Source of the DNA: the human T2T-CHM13v2.0 reference genome, Homo sapiens
Length of the DNA stretch: 64,000 nucleotides
Direction: 5' to 3' (one strand)
Assembly: GCF_009914755.1 (NCBI RefSeq)
Contig: NC_060947.1
The position numbers and the translations under genes are program-made. Every line of letters begins with the position of its first letter. The first letter of the stretch is position 1. This document shows positions 41,443 to 53,282 of the stretch, one piece after another. The notes below the pieces were generated by a model. That model saw only the letters and a list, made by a program, of their open reading frames with translations. It ran no database searches and had not been told where the DNA came from.

Positions 41443-41849
41443 AGGCAGAGGTTGCAGTGAGTTGAGATCGTGCCCTTGTACTCCAGCCTGGGTGACAGAG
41501 TGAGACTCCATCTCAGGAAAAAAAAAAAAAAAAAAAAAAAAGAAAGAAAAATTTCCCAGATCTGTTAGACGTAAGTTTCACAAGGCACAGCACAATGTGC
41601 AGAAAGACATCAACCTACAGCATATTCTGAGAAGTTTTATAAGAAGGGTAAAGAGAAAATCCTAAAGTCTTTCAAGAAAGGAAAGAAAACAGAAATAGAA
41701 ACCAAAATAGCATTGAGCTTCTTAACACCAACACCAGAAGCTAAAAGTGGAAAAAAATCTACCAAAATTCTGAGAGGAAATTATCGAGCCAAATCAAATA
41801 TGAAGAGAGAATAAAGACATGCAAAGACTTAAAAAAAAAAAAAAAAAGA
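41443..41849 (+). mobile_element. L1-mediated retrocopy of a transcript 3' end (Alu right-arm tail + ~290 bp + AATAAA + poly-A)
   Basis: TSD AAGATAGCCC at 41433-41442 and 41850-41859; AATAAA at 41810-41815; poly-A starts at 41831. Confidence 0.85.
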
Positions 41850-43999
41850 AAGATAGCCCTTGCTCATCGCTTGATATTTTATTTTTTATATTACTCCATT
41901 TATTCATCTAGCATGCTCTATAGTTCCTGCCTTCTAAAGAGCTTATAGGTTAATGGGGAAAGAGGGCAGATATTAAATAAATAGTTACATGAAAATATCA
42001 TTACAACTCATTGACAATATGAAGAAATACTAAAGGCTGCAAGGAAAGATTATAAGGGAACCTGATTGGTTGGGAGTGAGAATTCAGGAAATACTTTTCT
42101 AAGGAAGTGTTATAAATGATTTTTAGTTAATTGGATACTGCATCTTGCTTCTGACCCTATCATATTGAATTACTAGTGTAGATCTATTCCAGGGATCTTG
42201 ATACTGGGCTCAGTTGTGAATAGATTGATAACTCTGGATCTATTGGTCTTTTTGTACTGATCAATGAAAATGTCACATATTCTTTGACTTATAGCTTCTC
42301 ATAGATCTTAGCTTTCTTCCTTCTTGTTAGGTTGAACCGGTTGGTATGCAGATTGTAGATACAATTTTATACCTCTATAAATTTGGTTAGTAGGAATCCT
42401 TTCCCCTCACTCCATTGCTTTGATCCCTTCATAGGGATCAAACTTCCTGAATTCTCTCACCAACTTTTCTAATCTCCTCAGTAAGCAACACAATTGTCAA
42501 CCTGAGTATCTCAGTATCTGCTCCATGTTTCAGCTCTTCTCTTAACCTCTCTTGGCATTCAAGGACAGAAGTTTTACTGAGCAATCCTCCAAATACAAAT
42601 TTAACCACTCCACTACTGAATTTATGGAACCCAACATTAAAGAAATAATCCAAACAATTAATTTTAGCTCTTCTTTAAATATTACTGCATATAAAAGGAA
42701 AACAAAGACTTCTAACTATTATGAGAAAAAATCAACGGACCAAATGTAAGTAAGGATCAAGTGTTTTCATTGGCATGTTAACATACTTTAAACTTTCTAA
42801 AGGGTTTTACCACACATTTTCATTTGTGCCTGACAATTATCCTATATAGGGGAGGTGTTATTATCATTTTACTGATAATGAAACCAAGGCCCAGAGATGG
42901 GAATGTGTAGCCTGAGGTCAAAACCTCACCTAGTACAATCTGTTTCTATTTCTGATTATAATGACAAGGTAGCTCCCTCAATTTCGTGGCTTGTCTTATC
43001 TTGTGTTCTCTTTTCTGGTCCCTGGGAGCCTGTTTATTTGCAGTTCAACAAGGCTCCTGAAATTTTGATTTGCTTTTTCCAACTGTTCCTGCTGTTTGAG
43101 AGCTGGGACTTCAAAGCTCTGCTTGAATCTTGACACTTTAGCCATGGAAACCTTTGTAATTTTCACTGTTCTACTTGGAACCTTAACTATACTGAAGTCC
43201 CTTTGTTTTTCAGTAGAGAAAGTGCTGGAGCAAGAACCCCACGTGGTTCACGTGGTTTTACCGAAGATATCTTACATGCCCACAGGACGTGACCTGTGGG
43301 AGAAACTCTCTAGCCAACTAACAGCACATGCTGGATCACTGCCTCTTAAAAACCCCTCTCCTGCCCTGCCATCTGTAGCTATGGTTGTTATAAGGATTAC
43401 TCTGTGTGCAAGTTTCCATATAATTCAGAAAGCCAGCTTTTAAATCTAGGTTATCATTCAGAATTATTTCCATTATGACTATTTTTAAAAGAACAATGTA
43501 AGAACAGGATCACATGCTTTTCAAATGTACAGAGTGGGATTTTCTTCCCAACTGTAATCTGGGCACTACCAAAGACAGGGAACTGGGTCCTTCCTAATGT
43601 CTTATGTCTACCTCCCTGAACGCTGAGGCAGAAAGGAATCTGGCCTCACCAGACTCTTTTTCATCCTCAATTCTACCATTTGCTCTTTATCTTTCAATAG
43701 TTTTCTCTGGTTCTCAAGGCGTCATCAAAAAGAAACTGCAATTGCTCAAGTGCTCTTTACAAATGTTTTCTGAAGTTCACTTTGGACCCAGATGTAAGAT
43801 ATCATACTCAGGCACATGTCTGCTTTTTGCCTGTGGGTGATCTGACTATATTTGAAAACATGTTTCCTTCTGCACTGGCCTTTGTACTTTAGTTCCGATT
43901 CACCACTTTATCCTCCCTATCACCTTCTGACCCTTCTTACCACGTACATAGCAATCGTTAAAATAGCAGTATTTAAACTTCTGATTCCATTGTCTTTAA

Positions 44000-44235
44000 G
44001 TGCTCAATATGGTTGAGAGTCAAAATGTCTGGATTTAAACCCTGGCTCCACTGCTCATGAGCAGGTTGCCACATCTCTCTGGATCTTAGTCTCCTCATCT
44101 GTAGAATGAGAGAATTGAAAGCATCTACCAACTCTGAGTTGCAATGAGAATGAAAAATGATAAGGCATGCAAAGTGCGCAGAATAGGGTTGAGCAGGTAA
44201 TAAGAATGCAATAAATGTGAGCTATATTATTATCA
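44000..44235 (+). mobile_element. MIR SINE
   Basis: ctggatttaaaccctggctccact...tctcctcatctgtagaatgag. Confidence 0.75.
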
Positions 44236-45357
44236 CCCCAATGTATGTTTCTGTTAGAGTCAAGCTTATTGATTTCACAGGGCTGCCATGAAAACTAGAT
44301 CATGTAGGCAGAATGCCTAGCAAAGGGTCTGGCATAAAACAGACATTTAGTAAATAGTCCCATTCTGCACCAAATCACTCCTCCCTTTCCATGCCTCCTT
44401 GCTTCATTTGAAGAGTCCTTTTCCTCATATATTTTTCCTTTTCTGTATTGACTACTATACTACAATTCTAAAACTAACTTTAAAGTGCTGGTTTTGAATT
44501 AAGTCCCAAAAAATGAAAAAAAAAATGTAAAAAGGAAAATTGTCAAGTAGCAGCTGTGTTCTCAGGCAAAAAGACATTGGAGTGGTGACTCATTTTTAAG
44601 AAGTTTCTTTTAACTCCACAGTGAAGTGGATATTGTAATAGCCCTTGCCTTCTGGCCGTAAGATGCTTGAGGACTGCCAGAAAAACTGAAACCTGGCTGT
44701 TCTGCCTGAAGTCATTCTTTTTAATTGCATGAGGTCAAGTGTAAAGTGTAATCACCTTACTTCTGTTCAATTGGTGCCACTTTTCATTTTGTTCTTTTTA
44801 ATAGTCTCACAGATTGCTGGGCCTGGGAGAGGATAGGAAATGCCATATTCTCCTACTTGAGTTCTAGTGTTTGAATGGCCTCTAGATCACTCCTGCCAGG
44901 TGGTCATCCAGTCTCAGTTGATGTCTTTCAGGGTGAGGAAGCCCACAATATCCAGAGAGCTGCCTAGACCAGTTTGAGACAGACGTATCTGTGAGAAAAC
45001 TTTTTCTTTGATGAGCCAACATCTGTCTTCACATCTTCTTTGCTAATGTCCTAACCTTGCCTCTTGAGGCCTTATAGAACTAGTGTCCTCTTTCTTGTGA
45101 AATAAGAGTCAATCTATTACTGGAAGGAAGTTCTCACATCCCATCCTCCACAGATGTTTTTCTTTCTCCACCTGGCGACAATTATAAGCTAATTAATATT
45201 TTTAAATTGAGGTAAGTATCCAGATAATGTGGACTCACTGATGCATTTGTTTTTGGTATTTACTATACCCTTAAAGAACTTTCAGATTTGGGAACCCATT
45301 GCATGTCTGCAGAAGCCACTCCATAATGTATTGTTTGAGGGAATCACAGTTGATGTT

Positions 45358-45726
45358 TGTCTTAGTTCATTCAGGCTGTTATAACAAAATGCCATAAACC
45401 GGTGGCTTATAATAAAACAGAAACGTATTTCTCCTAGCTCTGGAGTCTGGGAAGTTCAAGAATAAGGTGACAGTGGAGTAGATGTCTGGTGAGGGCCCAC
45501 TTTCTGGTTCATACATGGTGTCTTCTATCTGTGTCCTCAGATGAACAGGGAAAGGCAGTTCTCTGGGGCTTCTTCTATAAGGGCACTTATCTCATTTATG
45601 AGGGCTCCACCTCCACGACCTAATCACCCTCTACAGACTTTACATCCTGATACCACCACATAAGTGATTAGTTTTTTAACATATAAATTTGTGAGGGGGT
45701 GGAATAGAAACAATCAGATCATAACA
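45358..45726 (-). mobile_element. MLT1A-like MaLR solo LTR
   Basis: tgtcttagttcattcaggctgttataacaaaatgccat ... cagatcataaca. Confidence 0.82.
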
Positions 45727-46414
45727 GTTTTAGAAAAATATAAGATCTGTGTACAAATGTTCATTCATTCATTCATCCATTCACTCCAAGTTGTAAATAT
45801 TTGATATAATTTTTATGACACAAGAAGTATTTCAGCATAATATTTTACAATATTCTCTTCATATCAGCCCTCTCCCAACTGTATACTTAAATAATCCATG
45901 TTTAAAAAATGGGGGTAGAGGATAAAATTATTTTAAAAGATCGAAATAACACTTTTGCCATTACAACTATCCTTCTTTGTCCTTTGAACCACACTCTCCC
46001 TGTTCCATCAATTTTCCTCTTCTTTGCCCTTCTTAGTTTATGATCTTCAGCATTTCCCATGGGCATTGAAGGCTCCTGGCTCACAAGACAGCTTGATGCT
46101 TGGATCTTTTTTTCATATCCAGAATCAGTATGTCAGCTGGCACATACCGTGGCTTAGAGATTCACGTATCAACCACAGGAAAGTTGAAAAATCCTCCTAA
46201 GACAATGGAAAGGATCGTTGTCATTAATTTGCTTTATTCACTAGATAAGGAAATGTAATCTGCAAGGCAGGAGAGCTCTAACATTGCTTTGTGCACAAAA
46301 GCATAAAGTTGGAACTTTGCATATATCTGGAGTAGCCATAACTTTAAACCACTGGTGTTTAGGCGGGATATCCAGAATACTGATTCAATGAAAATTATTT
46401 GTCTACCCACTTCC

Positions 46415-46991
46415 CATTCCCTCCAGTCAAAGACCACCAGAAACACTTCTGTGGTTGAACCACTTGGGTTTATTGCTCACTGAAGCAAGAAAGGAGAATG
46501 CACACCATGAGATGTCTTAGTAAGATAAAAGAAAATATAGGATTTGGGTTTATATTAGGAGATTTGGGGGAAGGTTTAAGGAAGCAAGGCAGTGTCGGAA
46601 AGCAGGAGATATTTTATGACTGGGTATTTCAATAAGTCTTATGCAGAAGGAGGGGAAAATAGAGCAACGTTAAAGTGGCAGTTGGTGAAGAAGAAGTGAT
46701 CATTCACATTAGCCAGGATAGGTGGATATTTGGTCATTTTTTTCTGACTTGAACAATGTTTCCATTATGTACGGGTTTAGATGTGATTATGGAGTGGTCT
46801 TGTTTTTGTCTTGATCCATCATCGTAACAGAGTGGCCTTATTTGATGTTGATACTGTGTGAAATTGTTCATGTTCAACAGGAGAACACCAAGACCTTGCC
46901 ATGAGCGACAGGCCAGCTCCTAGCAACACCCAGGCCAAGCTGATGGGACCAGGTCAGCTCTCTGATGTCAGGGCTGCTCTTCTCCTTCTCA
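46415..46991 (-). mobile_element. MER76-like ERVL LTR
   Basis: Reverse strand begins tgagaaggagaagagcagccctgacatcagagagctg and continues ggtgttctcctgttgaaca...gatggatcaagacaaaaac. Confidence 0.65.
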
Positions 46992-48369
46992 CTGCTGGAC
47001 AATTGTGGTGCGTCAGTGGAAGCATTAGAGAACAAAGCAGATGGCAGTATATCCATTCTCATTGGGAGAAGGGGATATAAAAAAATTAATAAACTTAGTA
47101 AATTATATAGTGTATTAAAATGCTATGGGAAAGGATAAAAGATAATGGAACACTGCAAAAGGATAGGAAGTGGAGAATGTATAGGGGAGGAAAATTGCAG
47201 TTTTATATAGGGCAGTCAGGGCAGGCCTCACTAAGGAGGTGACATTTGAGTTAATGCTTGGAACGGAGGTGAGAAAGTGAGCCATGAGAATAGCTGAGGG
47301 CATTCTGGTCCAGATTCAGAAAAATCACCCTAATAATGAATATAGATGGCTGACAGTCATCTGCTTACTCTATAGGCAATTGAACCCATCCTTTGCTTCA
47401 TGTCCAGTTCTTTGTTTTCCCATTGACTTCTCTGAGGCCTTTCTGCCCTTGAATAGAGAGAAAGGGGTTGAATAGAAGGCACAGACAAGCTGGGAGATGG
47501 TTTCCTTTCCCTTAGAACTTCTGCTTTATAACATCGAGGCAATGAGTAATCTTCTTACCCATCTTCCTCCCCAAAGCTGCTGACATCAGAGGTCTGTCCT
47601 TCATGGGAGGCAACTGCCCATTTGACTATTACTGTTACAAGATGATTCTTGCTGCATCTTCGCTCTAGCCAGGATTCTGCATTTTCTGTTCTTACGCAAG
47701 GTAAATGTTGTTCAAGTTCTATCCCTACCCATTAGAACTGCAATCAGAGACAGGACTCTGAGCTGTCTCCTATGGGATTTATTCCATTGCTTCTGTTTCT
47801 TCAGAGCATATTTATGGCTATTAGACTTTTTTTTTCTAGCAAAATCTCCGATTTCTCTTCAGTATGCATTATCATCAGTTGTCAAATTTAAAAGTGTATA
47901 CACGAGCTGATAATTTATCTGTACTTTGATCAAGATCACAGCTTATAAGTGATATAACTAAGTGCGCTCAGGCTTCAAATTTTCTTAGCAATGATCTTGC
48001 TTCTAGGTCCTAATGCATTCTAACCTGGTAGCGATAGTGAACTAAAAAATTGTGCAACAAAAATGTTGAAGGTGAAAATAATTGACACTAAGTGACATAA
48101 TATAGTACCCTTCTGTGATAAATTTAATAACACTAATTTAAATTTGTACATATCACTGAAATGAAAGTAATGGAATGGGAGTCCCTTATTGATAACCAAC
48201 ATGGCAGTATGAGAAAAGGTATACTCTATAAATGTCTGGTTTTTGAAATTGAATTTGTAGCTGAATAGTTAAGACATCCATACAATAATAAATGTCAGTA
48301 TTAAGATACAATTCTTGATTTGATATGTTTAATAATCACAATGTGGAACCCATTTTTATTACTGAATTA

Positions 48370-48985
48370 TAATAATTATAGTAACTTACATTTATGTGGG
48401 GCATTATGCCTTACTTTTATATTCACTTTCCCATTTGAGTCTCTTAATATCTCTGGAAGGTAGAGAATGTGTGGAGTTACTGTCTTCATTTTACTTTGAA
48501 GAAAGTAGGGCTCAAAGAAAATAGACTTGCAAATTTAATAAGAGCTGGATGCAGGGATGGAATCCAATTCTCCTTAATATGAATATATCTTTCAAATAAA
48601 GGTCAATAAGTTATTATTTCAATATTCTATCTGTTGCTTACTACATATGTGACCTTGGACAAGTCCTATAATCTCTGAGTTTCCATTTCCTTAAGGCTAA
48701 TGACAGTGCCTACCTCAATATATTATTTGATAATGAATATATAAACGTGTATATCAATCTTAGTATAATGCCTGGAAAACTCTATGTGCTCAATAAGTGA
48801 TAGCCTTGTTATTATTATGAGCAACAGCAACATTTATGAAATTATTTGTTAATGTGTAAAACAGGAAGACTAGAATTTGACTCATAGGGTTGTCATCGGT
48901 ATTAAATGAAATATTAAAAGCAAAGTATTCAGCATAGTATGTGTCACATATGCAGACAATCAGTGGTAGCTTATATTGTAATTAT
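48370..48985. mobile_element. Cluster of three MIR fragments (mixed orientation)
   Basis: tgtgaccttggacaagtcctataatctctgagtttccatttcc and related cores. Confidence 0.65.
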
Positions 48986-50159
48986 TTTCAATTGCATCTT
49001 AGGATTCACTTTTCCTAAGAGTGACTGAAATCTGGTCTCAAATTTAAGTAAAGATGAGGACTTATTGGCTCAAGTAATTTAACAATGAAGGGATATATCT
49101 TGCTTCTGGTGTGCCTAAATAAAGGCTATTAAATGATATCTTCAGAATCACTCCCACCACGTGCCCTGCTTCTCTTTGTTGACTCCATTATCAAGGAGTT
49201 TCAAGGTAGCTTTCATCAGTTCCCACATCTACATACTCCAACATGTTTATCTGGTGGGAAAAAACAAAAATGTTTATTCAAGCATTCCCATCTTAATGTC
49301 GCAAGATTCATGTGATTGTATCAAGTTAGGTTAGGTGCTCACCTCTGTATTAATCACTTTGGCCAGAGAAAAATGATGCACATATAGACATGCATCCTGA
49401 GTAACATGTAAATATCTAGTATGTCACTAGTAAGCTGTACACACTTATTCCCAAGGAGATAGTTCCTTGTTATTGATCTATGTAATTTGGTTCTTCCATT
49501 GTAGTTCCCATACCCACAGTTCACCTTCATCCATGCAGTCTCTCATTTTTCTGTCGATAGCACAGCAAAGTGGAATTTAGCACAAAGGAATTGAACAAAA
49601 CTGTTACTTAACATACTAAGAAGATCACACTATTCATTGTAATTAGCATTTCTGTGATACATCCTTACATTGTGTAATCATCTGTCTTGAACACCGAAAG
49701 AAGATGAAAGAATGATTCTTGCGTTCAAGAGGATCCCAAGCTCATAACATACAGGCGAATGTGAGCAATAAGATAGAGCCATCCCGAAGTGCTCTGGAAA
49801 TGCAGAAGATATTAATTCTGAATGAGACTGAACAAAGGCAAAAACTTGAGATGGTTAAAAATTTGATGAGAACAGTTGAGAAAACTGTTGGTTTAAGGCA
49901 TTAACACCATAGTTTTCCAAAGTAGGCCTGGGTGTATGATGGGGAAGTTATTCTAGAGTCAGGGGGCATATAGTTTGCAGGTGAATGAGTGTATGCTTTC
50001 TTTTTGTTTTTTTCAAGACACTTTTTTCCTTCCCTTTTCTGCCTCTTGATAAATGAAATCCCATCATGTTTGTAAATTTCCAGAGACAATTCCTCATTTG
50101 GCCCCACCCCCAGGACCTACTCTCAGGATTCAAGTGGGTTATGTAACAGCAGTTATTCA

Positions 50160-50650
50160 TTCAGTCTGTCAGTTAGTGTTCTCCTATTTGGTGTCAGTTG
50201 TGTGCCAGCCACATTAGGGAATCAAAATATAGCTAAGATATATTTTTGCCTGAAATTTAAGGTGCATACATTTTGCTTGAAGAGACAGATATGCTAACAA
50301 CTTAAAAGTACAATTTGAGCAATGCAGTGCTGAGACATGTGGAAAGTACTTAGAGACATCAGAAGGAAAAATAACTAGTACTGCCTGTTGCAAAGTGTAG
50401 GTGGATAGTTGGTTAGGAAGGTTTTCGCTGAGGAGATAACATTTGAACTGGATCTCTAAGCAGAAGAGAAAGTTTATGCAAATGAAGGGAGGCATGAAAA
50501 AAAAACACTTGGGAAGTACCTAAGGATTGGGCAGTAGCTTGGTTTGGCTGGTATGTGTATAGCTTCAAGGGAGAAAGTGGCACGAGATAAGGCCATAAAA
50601 GTGTGCAAGCACGAGGTCAGGAATGATCGTAGGGATTTGGTATTACCTCA
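50160..50650 (-). mobile_element. L2 fragment
   Basis: ggaaggttttcgctgaggagataacatttgaactggatct. Confidence 0.6.
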
Positions 50651-51452
50651 TAAGTGAAGGTAATGCAGGGGATCGGGGGAGGGAAACGAAGAGATTCAAT
50701 CAGGGCTGTTGCATAATTGCTTAAACGTAACTATCAAGCATAATTACAAGTTGTGGAATGGAAGGCTGTAACATTCTATCGAGGCCTTGTTTCAGAAAAT
50801 TCTAATGAACCCAATGCAAACAAAAATTAAATACAAAAAACAAGTCAATAATATTTCATTTTAAGGAAACAGATTTCCTTGAAATTGAGATCTCTTCTGG
50901 TACAATATGATATGGAATTCTATTTATAATAAACCATCATTATATTTTCCTCAGAAGTATTTCCATTTGTCTCCACCAAGGGCTACTTGCTTGTTTGGGC
51001 CAAACGTGTAAATCTGACGACAGCTGAGTACGTAGCTGAAATGCATTGCTGGACATGTTCAATATTTGAAGAGAAACCCAAAGATGACACAGCTATGTTC
51101 TCATAATATACCAGAGTCTAACTTTAGCAGTAACTTTGGGATTCCTGTTGAAATATCATCACACAGGTGGAAGAAAACAACAAGTAAAAGGCCTTGTAAT
51201 GCTTGAAAAAGTAAATCCTCTTAGATTAAATCCAAGAGCCCATCTTATTCTGAATTCTATGGCATGACAGAGAGTATTAGCAAATATCAGGTTTATAATA
51301 AAATTGTGACGACCTTGTGCTTTTTCTTTAGAAAGTTTACATTTTTCTTTAGAAAGCAAAATCATGTAAGGGTAGATTCAGGAAGGGGTAAAATAATATG
51401 GCCATCATTGCTATCTACCATAGGAAGGCATTGCATAAATGCATAGGAATTA

Positions 51453-51880
<428 letters not shown>

Positions 51881-52029
51881 TTAAAAATTATACATTTTCC
51901 TAGTTTGCCTACAGTTTGTTGTGGAAATGGTTAAAATAGTTTTCCATTTAGCGAATAGCACATTCTCTTTCTACTAGTTTATTTTTAACAGTAGATAAAT
52001 ACTAATATCTTTTTATTGGCGTTTGTATT

Positions 52030-52420
52030 CGTAAGAGTAATGCTAGGCCGTGCTGACTCCACGACAATCACAAAATAAAATCTCAGTGATTTAACATAAC
52101 AAAGGTTTGTTTTCTGATGAATGAAACTTCTATCTGGGTGAGCAGAGACTCTTGCATCCAATACCTTATGGAGCCAGGCTTCCTCCGTCTTGTTCATTTC
52201 CTTGTCAACTCATGGTTGTCAAGGTCACTGTGACAGAAGAAAAGAATGAAGAAGCCACATGGGGGCATAACTGCCTCAACCTTAAAATGATGTGTATGTT
52301 TTCTGCACCCGGTTCACTGCCCAGAGCTAGTCAATTTTGAGACCATCTCAATCTGATTATAAAACAGGCTATAAAATATAGGGAAACACATAGAATCTTT
52401 GTGAGCACTCCCTATGGCAC
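52030..52420 (-). mobile_element. Old MLT1 (I/J/K-like) LTR
   Basis: aaaatctcagtgatttaacataacaaaggtttgttttct. Confidence 0.55.
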
Positions 52421-52534
52421 ATCTTTACATCTACATATACTTGTGTAATTACCTCGTTAAATACATGATTATAAGGTTTTAATATCTGGTAGGATATAAC
52501 TTCCTCTCATTAATCTTCTTCTAAAATTATCTTA

Positions 52535-52656
52535 GGCTGGAGATGGTGGCACACACCTGTAATCCCAGCACTTTGGGAGGCTGAGGCAAGAGGATCTCTT
52601 GAGCTAAGAAGTTCCAGAAGAACCTAGGCAACATAGTGAGACCTTGTTTCTACAAA

Positions 52657-52700
<44 letters not shown>

Positions 52701-52868
52701 CCACTACACATAATTAGCTGGGCATGGTGGCATGCACCTGTAGCCTCAGCTGCTCAGAGACTGAGGTGGAAGGATTTCATAAGCCCTGGAGGTGAGGCCG
52801 CAGTGAGCTGAGATCGCACCACTGCACGCCAGCGTGAGCAACAGAGGGAGACCTTGTTTAAAAAAAAA
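52535..52868 (+). mobile_element. AluJ with (TAA)n expansion of the middle A-rich linker
   Basis: ggaggatctcttgagct/aacatagtgagacc-type AluJ diagnostics; about 13 TAA units at 52659-52697. Confidence 0.92.
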
Positions 52869-52905
52869 TGATATTGGACATTATTTGATTTGAAAATGTA
52901 TTCTG

Positions 52906-53219
<314 letters not shown>

Positions 53220-53282
53220 TTAACAACTAGTATTTGTTTTTTACTTTTTCTTTTTGTGTGTGTGTGTTTGTGTCTTCCTCTA

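Noticed and set aside
42440-42533. Extra exon ending at the gtaagc donor at 42481
   Set aside because: It would need a 53-nt intron, below the usual mammalian minimum.
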